Positions 50,730 to 62,019 of a DNA stretch of 64,000 bases are shown here, in pieces; position 1 is the stretch's first letter, and each line of letters starts with the position of its first letter. The DNA lies in the NCBI GenBank assembly GCA_951406725.2, contig OX597815.1, forward strand, positions 129,704,001 through 129,768,000. The letters run 5' to 3'. The stretch comes from Octopus vulgaris. Lineage: Eukaryota. The notes below the pieces were generated by a model. The model saw only the letters and a list, made by a program, of their open reading frames with translations, searched no databases and was not told the origin of the DNA. A program made the position numbers and the translations under genes.

Positions 50730-53700
50730 CTGTAGTCCAATGACTGAAACAAGATATAAAAGACATATAGTAGTAGTTGGGATCATATATGAATGTGCTG
50801 TGAAATCAGTGAATCAGTCACTATACAGGTGGGTATCCATTGAAGTTCTGCCTTCAGCTTTTTTCCTATTTTTAGTTCTTGAAGCAATACTATAGAGGTC
50901 AAAATTAAATAAACAAGTTAAGTTTTGTATGCTACAATCAGGTTCTCATAGCAGAAATAGTTGAAGAAATATCTATAGAAGTTTTTAATACAGAAATGCT
51001 TTTTAAAATGAAAAAGAGAGGCCAAAATTAAGGTACTGTATAAAAACAGAATCCTTGACAGTCAAAGCATCAGGGAAGTAAGCTTGTATAGTAGCCAGGA
51101 TAGAATCAACCCTGATTCTATGGCACAAACTTCCTGTTTAAAGTGATCTCAATTAAAATCTATCAAAATGTAATGTTAATTTTAAGAATGTAGTTGAGTC
51201 AGTCTTCACCTTGAAATATAGAAATACTAGGTAAAACTGCAACTGTTTGTTTTCTTTTCATCTTGTAGTTTACTTTGTACCTCCTTGCTTTGTTCTGGCT
51301 TTATACAACTACATTCTTAAGTTACACTTCACAAAAACTACCTCATTGTAATGTTAATTTATGTTTCAAACACCAGCTAATAATGTCAAAGTTGTTTTAT
51401 CAAATAATATTGAAACAAAAACAGTTGTATCGCAACAAGAATATAATAACAGGTTAAATACAGTCACTATCATAACTGTTCAAGATTTGAACGATTTGCT
51501 GGATTACTAGGTATCTTCTATCTATCAATCATCATCATTTTAACAACAATTTTCTGACCTTACAAAGGACAGGTAGTGTTTATTGAGGAAGATTTTCAGA
51601 GACACTCTTCCATTGCCAGTCCTCACCTGCTTCTAAGAAAGGGAATTTTCCCCCATGACCAGAAGTGTTCTCACAGAATACTAGAAATAAATGACACTGC
51701 TTGTATGACAGTTACACTCATTTACAACTATTACACAGTGTCAAGAGAGAGATATAAACACACACACACTTTATTAAAATGATGAGCTTCATTCAGTTTC
51801 CACCTACCAAATCGACTTACAAGACTTTGGACCCTGAGGCTATGGTAAAATACACTTGTCCAATGCGACATGCAGTGGGATTGAACATATAGCCATACGG
51901 TTAAGAACCAAACTCCAAAACCATACAGCCATGCCTGTCCCTATATGGCTGAAAATGCCTAATGTAGAGCCAGTAGTGATAGAGTTGTCATTAGTATTTG
52001 AGCAAAAATGGAAGGACATTGGAGAGAATTGCTACAAGTATAGCTAACACAAGTCTATCTCTATTTATATAAAGCTGATTAATGTTAATTATGCTCACAC
52101 CACATCTCAGATTGCAAGCAAGCTGTAACATGAAGATTGGGGTGCTACTTTGACAAAAATATGACAGATTATACTTTGTTGATTATACATTAAGATATGT
52201 TGTAGATAATACAGAACATGAGGTATGTGTCTAAGGAGAGTTATGTAAGCTGGAGCTGGCCTTATGGGAAGGCCAGTTCTGGATTACATGACTCTTTAAA
52301 CAAAGTTTAACTCAATAGTCTTTACAGAAAAGGAAACTACCACAGATGAGCTTTGGTATCATATTAAATATTGTGAGATCAATACTTTTCTGTTATAGAG
52401 GATTGATCATGTGATACTAAAGAAGGGCCAGCTGAAAATACAGGTAAATTGAGTGAAGTTGACACATCATGTGTTTGTGTTCTTCAAATTAAAAAAGAAA
52501 AACATGAAACTAATAAATCAAACACTTTATTTAATGAATTCTAAGTTAAAAATGGATCTCTGTTAGCTTTGATGAAGGGGACTTGGTTGTTCAATGGAAT
52601 TAAATGCTCACTGATTTTATAATTTTTCTACAATAGGCACAAGGTCTGAAAATATAGGGGCGGAGTGCCCCTTTTCACATTGTCCTCCTTCAACCTACAG
52701 GTGCATTTACTTGAACCATTCTTGCAACATTCACCCACCTTTTAACAAAATTGCTGGTGGGAGAGCACTTCCATTTCCAAGTGAAAATCCTTTCTACTAG
52801 AGGTACAAGGCCTGAAATTTTCAGGGAGGGGGCTAGTTGATTACATTGACCCCACTATACAACTGGTACTATTTCATCCGACAGATTGAAAGTCAAAGAT
52901 GACCCTGGATAATGAATTTATTGTAGTATGTATGTTACTGAGTACTCCACAGACGTGTATCATTATTGTAACTCTCAGATAGAATTAGAGTGATACAGGG
53001 TGTGGAAAGGCTGTACATCTAACTTACAGACTTAATCCATTCAACAGGCTTCCATATAGTTTTCATTTACCCAGATTTATTCACATGTTATGGGTGGACT
53101 TGACACAATAGTAAAAGAGATACACCTATGATACCCCACAGTAGGACTGAAACTGGGACCGGGTAACTGTAAAATGGATCTCTTCACCATTCAACCATGC
53201 TGTGTCCAAATAATGAAGTGCAATAAGCAGGATATTATAAATTGCAGGTGCAGGCATGGCTGTGGGGTTAAGAATTTTATTTTACAACCGTGTGGTTTTA
53301 GATTCAGTTTCACTGTGCAACACCTTGGAATTGAAAATTGTCTTCTATTACAGCCTGGGCCAAACAAACAATCAAAGCCTTCTGAGTGAATTGGGTAGAT
53401 GGAAACGAAAAGAAACCTGTTGGACGTGTGTATATATATCTGTATTTGTGTGTGTGTGTGTGTAATCATCATCATCATCATTTCATGTCTGTTTTCCATG
53501 CTGGCATGGGTTAGACGGCTTGACCGAAAACTGGTAAGCTGGGGAGCTGCACCAGGTTACAATCTGATCTGGCATGGTTTCTGTAGCTGGATGCCCTTCT
53601 TAATGCCCACATTGGTGGAGAAATATTGTTTATTTGTGAGTTAACAAGGCTACCATTGGCTTCTTGCAGAGAGAAATCTCTCAACAATTATCAAGCCTGT

Positions 53701-53746
53701 CACGGTACTGGTCTTCATCCAAAAAGAAAAAAGTGTGTGTGTGTCA

Positions 53747-53790
<44 letters not shown>

Positions 53791-53791
<1 letters not shown>

Positions 53792-54475
53792 GTCTCGGTC
53801 GCTGGTCACTTTAGGTCTCACTGAGGAAATGACCAGCGACTGAGACCTTTGGAAATATGCTGTGCGTGAAAAGACCAGGCAGGACAAGTGAGTCCAGCCC
53901 ACTTATGCATGCCTTTCCTCCCTTGGACACACAAAGACCTGTTGAGGCAAGCGAAGTCGATATCGAACCTCATCCGATGACAGGCACCTATGCCAACCCC
54001 CTTTGCTTGCGAAGACCTGTTGGGGCAAGTGAAATCGAAATTGAACCAATCCTATGACTGGCACCCGGCAGATGCCAGGACCCCTGGACTGGAGATACGT
54101 AAAAAGCACTATCCGAATCGTGGCTGATGCCAGTGCCGCCTCGACTGGCTTCCGTGTCGGTGGCACGTAAAAAGCACCATCCGAATCGTGGATGAAGCCA
54201 GTGCCACCTTGACTGGCTTCCATGCCGGTGGCACGTAAAATGCACCAATCCGACCGTGGCCGATGCCAGCCTCTCCTGGCACCAGTGCAGGTGGCACGTA
54301 AAAAGCACCCACTACACTCACGGAGTGGTTGGCGTTAGGAAGGGCATCCAGCTGTAGAAATATTGCCAGATAAGACCGGAGCCTGGTGCAGCCTTCTGGC
54401 TTCCCAGATCCCCGGTCGAACCATCCAACCCATGCTAGCATGGAGAACGGACGTTAAACAATGATGATGATGATG

Positions 54476-54476
<1 letters not shown>
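53791..54476 (+). mobile_element. Young 5'-truncated RTE 3' end with a fold-back at the 5' junction
   Basis: CpG-retaining copy with ~57-60-bp subrepeats (gtggcacgtaaaaagcacc) and a (gat)n tail, flanked by (TA)n on both sides. An 18-bp inverted duplication sits at the 5' end. Confidence 0.85.
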
Positions 54477-54506
<30 letters not shown>

Positions 54507-54684
54507 ATGAGTGGTAATGGTGTCGATAAAACCCAAAGGTATCAGGTAATGTTGAATAAGTGCTATGGATAGACCATAGTTAAGCTCCAGGTTCGGTGAT
54601 TATGCGAATTAAAGAGTCCAACGTAGGTCATATATCAGCATGTGTATATATAAAAAATTTTTTTTTTCAGAGTGAGTTAGAAAA

Positions 54685-55606
54685 ATGCTAGTGCCTCAAG
54701 GAAAGCAGAGTTTTGGTCCTCTTTGAAATATAATTTTAATATATTTTTGCATGTGTACAACAACCACAGACGTAGAAATAAATTTATCATTTTCATGCAA
54801 TGGATCAAAACGGTTTGATTCAAATTCGTTGGAACTCTTGAATCAAACTGTTTTGATCTATACATTTAACTCGCAATAAATTGGTTGAGTGCCCTTCTTT
54901 TATTTGTCCACTTACTTGTATATATGTTTGTTTATATATATATATATATTCCTGATGAAGGCAGGTTTATGGGATTATCCTAGGTTTCCTGTCCATATAG
55001 TGTATCATCAGATCATAAGACTTTTTAGAGTGTGCTTCTCCAGATTTATGTTTTACTAAAAACGATCTATATATATATCATTTACTGTCTGCCTTCCATT
55101 CTGGAATGGGTGGGATGGTTTGACAGCAGCTGGTGAGCCAGAAGACTGCACCAAGCTCTGCTATCTGCTTTGACATGGTTTCTATGGGTGGATGTCCTTC
55201 CTACAGCCAGCCACTTTACATAGTGTAATGGATGTTTTTTTATGTGGCACCAGCAAAGTCACCAAGTAATATGAGTGTGTGTGTGTGTGAGAATGTGTGT
55301 TTGTATCTCCCTGTCTTGACATTGTATCAGCATACAATGTCACAACACAAAAGCAAGTATTTGCTAACAATATTCCAGCTATTAATTTGTTTAAGGGTTG
55401 GCAACAAAACGGCCATCTGGCCATAGAACATTGGCACCATCAAAGTTCTTCTGATTCACACAAGCATGGAAAAATAAAGGTTATGATATTCATGATGAAA
55501 ATGATTAATTTATTTCTACATCTGTGGTTGTTATAAAGATGCGAAAATATTTCAAAATTATATTTCAAAGAGTACCAAAACTCTGCTTCCCTCGGGGCAC
55601 TAGCAT
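54685..55606. repeat. Pair of ~110-bp inverted repeats about 700 bp apart
   Basis: 54685-54796 (atgctagtgcctcaaggaaagcagagttttgg...tttatcattttcat) is the imperfect reverse complement of 55495-55606. Confidence 0.85.
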
Positions 55607-57971
55607 AACTAAGGCTGGCCATAAATATAGGGCATAGAATCCTAGCAGTAAAAAAAAATAATAAAGAGCGTGAACGCACACACAAAACTGGAGAGGAATA
55701 AAGAGAAACTAATGATGATCTACTGAAAAGAAAAAAAATTAGTACAAGTTATAAAGAAAGTAACAGAAGATCCAAAGCAATTGATGGATGTGTGTGAGAG
55801 AGAGAGACAGAAAGAGCGAGAGAGAGATACAGCGATTTTGGACCTATGGAAGATACCTGTACTTAGTGGCTATCCTGGGAAGAATTCTAATTTTGAGACA
55901 ACTCCTGTTGCTAATTTCCTCAAACGTCAAAAATTCCCACACTTCATCAGTAGAATTAGCCCCAAATCTATATCCATCTATCTATAGTTACAAATGGCCT
56001 AACCTAAAACTATGTTTTTGAGATATGTACAGTAGTGGGTGGAGGGTAGAGCTTCACATTTTCTTATAAAGTCTTACAAATGCCTATGTAAAAAGTCATA
56101 TTACTGATATATCATTAAAGATTTCTTCAGATTACAATAGAAAAGATCCGTTGTTTTATTTAACAAGGAGAATGAGGAGTTAAATCACTTCCTAATATAT
56201 ATGACAAATATTAAACTTCTGTTGTCCCCACAAATCCCTACTACTACTTTCGCAAGTAATGAAAGATGGTAACGTTAGATGGGAGTAAATAATACTGATC
56301 TTTTTTATATCCTTACACGGGCATTAATGCAATGAAATAAGCTACATGACTAAAGATTTTATATATATATATATATATAATGAAAACGTGAACTTGTAAA
56401 CCTTACTTTGCTGATCCAGAACGCGAACTCAGATATTTAGGAATATCATCCGAACTGATGTATTATAATCTGCTTTACAGAAGGAAACTTACGGATATTT
56501 AATATTTTTTGTCAAAAAAAACAAACACTTTTTCATATTCATTATCAATTTCATTGATAAGTATATTCCTTAAATAATTCACCTATATTCCTAAGCTCCC
56601 TGTTCGCCCGAAATTCTAAGACTATCCTGCAATAGAAAAAAACCCCATCTTTTTGCATGGAATATTTTTAAAAAGACATTTTTGAATTAGCTTAAAAAAA
56701 AATGTAATTTCAGTTTAATTTTTTTTTTTTACACAAGGTAAAGAATTTAAATAGACAAAGTAAATAAAATTATTTCGAGCTCACTTTTGAAAATTTTGGT
56801 GGAATCGGTCAGTGTGTCTTACATCTGAATATATTTTTTTTTACCTTATTTTCCTTCTTCAAGAAAACAAACATCTCAGAATGTCAAAATTATTTGAAAA
56901 AAAAAACATCTCCAATAATTGTTATAAGGTACTAAAAAAGGCTACATCACAAAACATAACCTGTGTGTATATATATATATGTTCTGTAGGTGTGATGGAG
57001 TGTACGTGTGTGGTCTAAATAGTAAGAGAAAATTGAGTAATATTAACTTTCATTCAATCCATGGGTGGTTGTTATAGTAACAGCGAAGAGGACCACACAG
57101 ACTCAGGTAGAGAGAGTTGGAGAGTGATAGAGAAGGCACACACGCATGGAGACAGACACACAAAAACACATGTAATGGAGAGACAAAGACTTGCAAAGAG
57201 ATAGATAGATAGATAGAGAACGACACACGCAGAGAAATACAAACACGTAAAGTCAGAAAGGGAGACTGGCGGAGAGGGAGAAAGACACATGTAGAAAGAG
57301 ACAGGGAGTCAACCTGACACACACACACACGTAGAGAGATATACATACAATTACAGAGAGAGAGAGAAAGAGATACATACAAACACGCCATGGCTCTCCA
57401 GCTGATATGTTTGTTAAATGGCAACAATGTTGTGTTTGGTTCAGCTGTAAAACGCTTTGTTGTTGTTGCTATCTCGAGCTGATAAAAAAAAAATCCTTAA
57501 ACATTTTCACAACTGCAGGAAATAATTCTCCGAACTCAAATGCGGACGACCAAAATAGCATAGGGAAAAAATAAAGCTGAATGATGTAATATTATATTTC
57601 TTTAAAAGTCAGTAAAATAAATGCATTAGATATCAATGTAGCTCGAGAACCACAGGTTAGGGACCCTCATTTTCAGCAAAGCGACTGTTGCGTCTCCGAA
57701 GACTGACCCTTTGATTTACTTGTGCTACGTTCCTGACAATAACGTACGTCAATTCCACCACCCTTTCTTTTCTTTCTTATCTTTTAAAGCAGATTTTCTT
57801 TTCATCATCTCCCCCAAGCTTACATGTAGTCAGGCCTCTAAGTTTATTAAAGAAGTAACATTTTTTATTTGTTGTAGTTACAAGAACACGAGAACATTTC
57901 GATTTTGTAGAGTCAGCTTCCTCAACTAACCATTATAAATGAATAAACGTTACAAAAACAGAAATCCTTAC

Positions 57972-58200
57972 CTTTTTGTTTTGGGCTCAGTTTCCTGACA
58001 TTACAAATTCCGAAGGAGAAAGACAAAAAGCAGATAAAGTAAAATAAAATGGTAACTTAATAATTAATACTGATAAAGTTTTTAAAAAATTGAAATTTAT
58101 GAAGATTTTAAACGTCCAGAAACTTTCTTCTAACTATTATAAAGTTGTATAATGGTAATAACGAGTATTTTACATTATTGCTCTATAGCAACAGGATTTT
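57972..58200 (-). promoter_or_regulatory. ARMC2: Probable non-coding first exon and promoter of ARMC2 (upstream boundary unknown)
   Basis: Coding exon 1 begins with a splice acceptor, so an upstream exon is required. A strong donor AAG|gtaagg sits at 57971 in unique, CpG-retaining DNA, with an RFX-like half site (ATAGCAAC) at 58185-58192. Confidence 0.5.
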
Positions 58201-59978
58201 ATGTGGATGATGTCAGACTAGAGAAAAAAATAATAAAAATCTAATTTGGTTGACGAATGAATGATAAAAGTATAAATAATAGTATTTATAATAATTGTGA
58301 TGATGATGTTGGTAGTGATGATGGTGGTGGCGGTGACAGTAGCGCCACTTCCATAATTCCACTCAAACCAGATCCCATGTCTGAACATGCAGTCGACATC
58401 AACATAAAAACGTCGAGCCAATAAAATGGAGCGATACATTTAGCGAAGAAAGCTCATAAGCTGTACACACGCATATATACACATCCGTTATACATATACA
58501 AACACGGTTTTTTTCTCTACTTCTACCGCACCGAACCGACTGAGTTTGTAGAATTGTACTTCGTTATCTGTCAGTTCTCGCCAAGTGAATAAGGCTAACA
58601 GGGATTAGTAAATCCTACTGCTAGTATTGTCTCTGAAGACTGGGTCATTAGATTCACTTGAGCAACAGTCTGATTGAGAATAATGTTTGTTTATTGCCTC
58701 GAAACTTTAAACTGCTTTTAGTTGTATTTATTTGACTTTCCTAACGTAATAAAGCAGACATTGCGAATGAGAGGTGTCTTTTAACTTGATCAACTGTTGT
58801 CCCTCCACACACACACACACACACAAAGATGCTGAAGAAGAAGAGTGAACGACAATAATATATTTTTATTAGAACATATTAATTTCTTTTTAACTTAGTA
58901 CTCGGATAAATTAGGCTAGTGTATCACTGGTACTTAAATAGCTTTGTGCCAAAATTTGAAACCAATATTATTGGCCTTAGAAAGACCCAATAGCGGTGAA
59001 TTGATAGAATCGTTAAAGAATCGGCGGAAGCGGGCTATAATGCCTTTCTGTATTCCTTATGATATTCAGTTCAAATTCTACCAAGATCAGTTGTTACCTT
59101 TTATTCCTTAGGTGGTTAATAAAGTAAAACTCCAGAGGAGTGGAATATTAAAGTGACGGACCAAGCACTTTGTCGCATTTGTTTCCGCTCTTTGCTATCC
59201 GACAACAACATATCTCACTCAACCTATTTCACTAATCCCAGAAAGCTGGAAGTTTGCTTTGTCAAGATTTGAATTTGCAACGTAAGATAAAGATAACACC
59301 ATAAATCAGTGATGTTAATTACTAAGTAACGACACCTGCACCAAAAATAATGGTTTAGTGACAACACATTTAATGTGTGATCATTAAATGCCCGAAAAGA
59401 AATACAAATGCATCAAGGAAAAGACTAATTAGTATCAATGGCTTATAATTCAGACAAGCATGGGAAATAACTGCAAACATGTTTCGTTATTATTATACCT
59501 CTTCAACACATTACAGTGGCGAATGCCGGGGTATTGCCATAGTTGCCCAGACAACACCCTTTCTAGTCGAGCCGACACCAAAAAAGTCGGGACCAAGGTT
59601 TATTTCCAGCAGTTTCACAGCATTACTGTTTCATATGCATATGGTCTGCTACAGCAAAGTTAGAATACATAAAAATGTGTCCATTTGTAACGAATCGCGT
59701 TTCCCACCTTATATATTGTATTTTTTCGAAACTTTTGGGCAACATAAATAAAAAAAATCCTGAACCCCACTCCCGCATTATACACTTCACAGTATAAGCC
59801 ATATAATAAGGATCTGATTTTTTTATTAGCTATGCGGGCTAACATAGAAGTAACAAAACAAAACATGTGGAACATAAAACATATATAAAAAATAGAAATG
59901 AATATTATAATGTATGAAGACGTGAATATGAAAAATGGAAATGGAACCACTCGCCCCACTTACGAATGGCCTCATTTT

Positions 59979-60377
59979 CTACTTTTTAAATCTTGAACCT
60001 TCCAACACATCGATACCTGTTTCCTCTAACCACCTATCGTACGTAGTAAAGTCTGGGGATGAGCTCCAGCTGCAGTCCACCCCACAAAAATAAAATCCAA
60101 CCATATATTCTTGTATTTTTTCCTCCCGCTTCTTATCTGGTATTACATACAAGTGATATTCCTCCACGTTATCATACCCCTTAGTTCCAATGCACTTTAT
60201 GTCCCATTCCGCCGAATCCCGTAGCAGTTCGTCGCTAAGCAACGTACAAATCCTACACTTTTTCCTTCTCTCTTTTGACTTGGGGGAGGGGTTTGGGGTT
60301 TCTTTGTATGTGTTTACCTCTTGTTTTTGTGTCGGATGGGTCCGAGAGGGTGTGGTGGAATGGGGTTTACAGTTCAC
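59979..60377 (-). CDS. Frameshifted C-terminal continuation of the ORF1-like protein (unrecognised domain)
   Basis: 132 open codons overlapping the end of the upstream ORF in the +1 frame, next to an A-rich run. It has no ATG start of its own and contains a P/T/K-rich linker, then CRIC and an aromatic-rich domain. Confidence 0.55.
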   Translation of the reverse strand: MNCKPHSTTPSRTHPTQKQEVNTYKETPNPSPKSKERRKKCRICTLLSDELLRDSAEWDIKCIGTKGYDNVEEYHLYVIPDKKREEKIQEYMVGFYFCGVDCSWSSSPDFTTYDRWLEETGIDVLEGSRFKK

Positions 60378-61302
60378 TTGCCCTTTTTCTTTTTCTTCCT
60401 GTCACATTTTCCCATTTATTTTTTTCTATTTCTGCTACTTGGTTTTCTTTTTCGGTTACTTCCTTTCTGCGGCTCTCTTCTATCTTCTCTTCCGTATTTT
60501 CTGGTCGCTTTTCCTTTGGTTTTCTTGGCTTTGATGTACATTCTGCTCTTATGTGTCCCTTCAGGCTACATTTAAAGCAGCGTGGCACTCTTCCTTCCAC
60601 CCTGACAGTCATAATTGTTTCTTTCATAATTATTGTTTCCGTAATCTTTTCCATCGTTTCTTTTGAACCCTGGACTATCATCTCCAGTGATTGACCTCTC
60701 CAGTTGACGCAATCTTTTTTCTTGACCTGGAGTACCACTATGTTGTCCTCATTACTAAAGTGGACCGCATCTGCCATCCAGGTCACATCAATCTCTGGTG
60801 GGATTCCTTCAACCAAGACCCTTGTTGCTCTCATGCCTCTATACATGGGCAAAAGCACCACTTCATCACTCCGAATTGTCGACGCTGCATGTTTCCTTGC
60901 TGCTGCTGCATTACAAAACCTTACTTCTACTGTTCCAAATGTTGAGCCTCTAGTCAGGTATATTATGTCTTCCCAAATCTGCTTTAACGCCTTTTCTATT
61001 TGTTCTGTCGTGGCGACGTTTATTCTTTCTTTATTTATCGAAAAGTTTCGATAGATTATCGCCTTTTCCCTTATTCCGTTTTTAACCTCTTGCGGGGGCG
61101 ACAGCTTCACTTCGAACCCATCTCGGTTCATTTCTTCTTTGTGTCTTCCGAATTCCTTGATATCCACTTCTGTTTCCTTGCACCTTGCTGCATCAGTAAA
61201 ATTCCCCTTCTCTTTTATCAGTTTCTGGTCCATTGTCTTAACTGCCTCCAACAACTCCTCGGACGATGACATGTCTGAATAACTATAACTGTCTTCAGAC
61301 AT
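60367..61302 (-). CDS. ORF1/Gag-like nucleic-acid-binding protein (RRM-like region plus CCHC zinc knuckle)
   Basis: Intronless 311-codon ORF with GTVEVRF...RATRVLVEGIPPEI (typical of L1/Tx1 ORF1) and RCFKCSLKGHIRAEC (CX2CX4HX4C), then a K/E-rich tail. Confidence 0.8.
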   Translation of the reverse strand: MSEDSYSYSDMSSSEELLEAVKTMDQKLIKEKGNFTDAARCKETEVDIKEFGRHKEEMNRDGFEVKLSPPQEVKNGIREKAIIYRNFSINKERINVATTEQIEKALKQIWEDIIYLTRGSTFGTVEVRFCNAAAARKHAASTIRSDEVVLLPMYRGMRATRVLVEGIPPEIDVTWMADAVHFSNEDNIVVLQVKKKDCVNWRGQSLEMIVQGSKETMEKITETIIMKETIMTVRVEGRVPRCFKCSLKGHIRAECTSKPRKPKEKRPENTEEKIEESRRKEVTEKENQVAEIEKNKWENVTGRKRKRASEL

Positions 61303-61953
61303 TCTTCAACCAGCTGTCTCTTCTCTTACGTGAAGAGAAAGCACAAAAAACCATCTAAATAAACCTACCGACACAAAATTACAACTGGCACACACTGATT
61401 CGACTTTGGGATCGATCGGTAGCGGACAAGAAGCAATAATTAGGATGGTACACGTGTTATTGCGAAAAAGTAGCACACACACACACACAGCGTCATACGC
61501 ATGAAAAACTCTGCCTTTCATTATTTCGAGGTCAATAAGTACTAGTTGAATACTGGGGTCGATACAATTGGCTCACCCCTTTCTCCAAAATTTTAGGTTT
61601 TGTGCCTTTAGTAGAAAGGATTATTTTGTATTATAAGTAAATATAACGCGCAGTTTTATTACCTTCACAGTATTTACCGTTTTACAAAACTGAACTAGAA
61701 AACTGGACAAAACAGAGAACACAATTGAAAAAATAGAAAATTAAAAAACAAAACAAAACAATTCACGACATTGGGTTGAAAAGTCAGGGACGCAGGGAAA
61801 CCTTTCTAATGGCCATTGAGACACGCCGGTGATGGCGAGGCTGATGCGCTGGAACAGCCAAGCGCCCTCACGAGACTTACCAGTTATCTCTGCATGGCGG
61901 GTTGCCAGTGAAAACAGGAATCTCGCAGTTAGTGTTCCGACCCCACCAAACGT

Positions 61954-62018
61954 GGTACAAGTCCGATCCTACCTAACGTTGGTACAAGTCCGATCCTACC
62001 TAACGTTGGTACAAGTCC
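61954..62018. repeat. 27-bp tandem repeat, about 2.4 exact copies
   Basis: ggtacaagtccgatcctacctaacgtt starts at 61954, 61981 and (partially) 62008. Confidence 0.9.
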
Positions 62019-62019
62019 A

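Larger units (their letters stand above)
59818..61397 (-). mobile_element. ORF1-only (HAL1-like) non-autonomous non-LTR element
   Basis: Roughly 95-nt 5' UTR, ORF1-like coding region, T-rich 3' UTR and AATAAA running into an A tail (gctaataaaaaaa). No endonuclease or RT is present. The boundaries are approximate and no TSD was seen. Confidence 0.6.

Noticed and set aside
52100-52445. Coding-looking plus-strand stretch ending in CAG|gtaaat
   Set aside because: It is interrupted by stops and has no motif I could identify.
54950-55012. CTGATGA followed by a possible stem
   Set aside because: No GAAA box follows the stem, so a hammerhead cannot be supported.
60190-61269. Several plus-strand ORFs
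   Set aside because: They are antisense shadows of the purine-rich ORF1-like coding strand.
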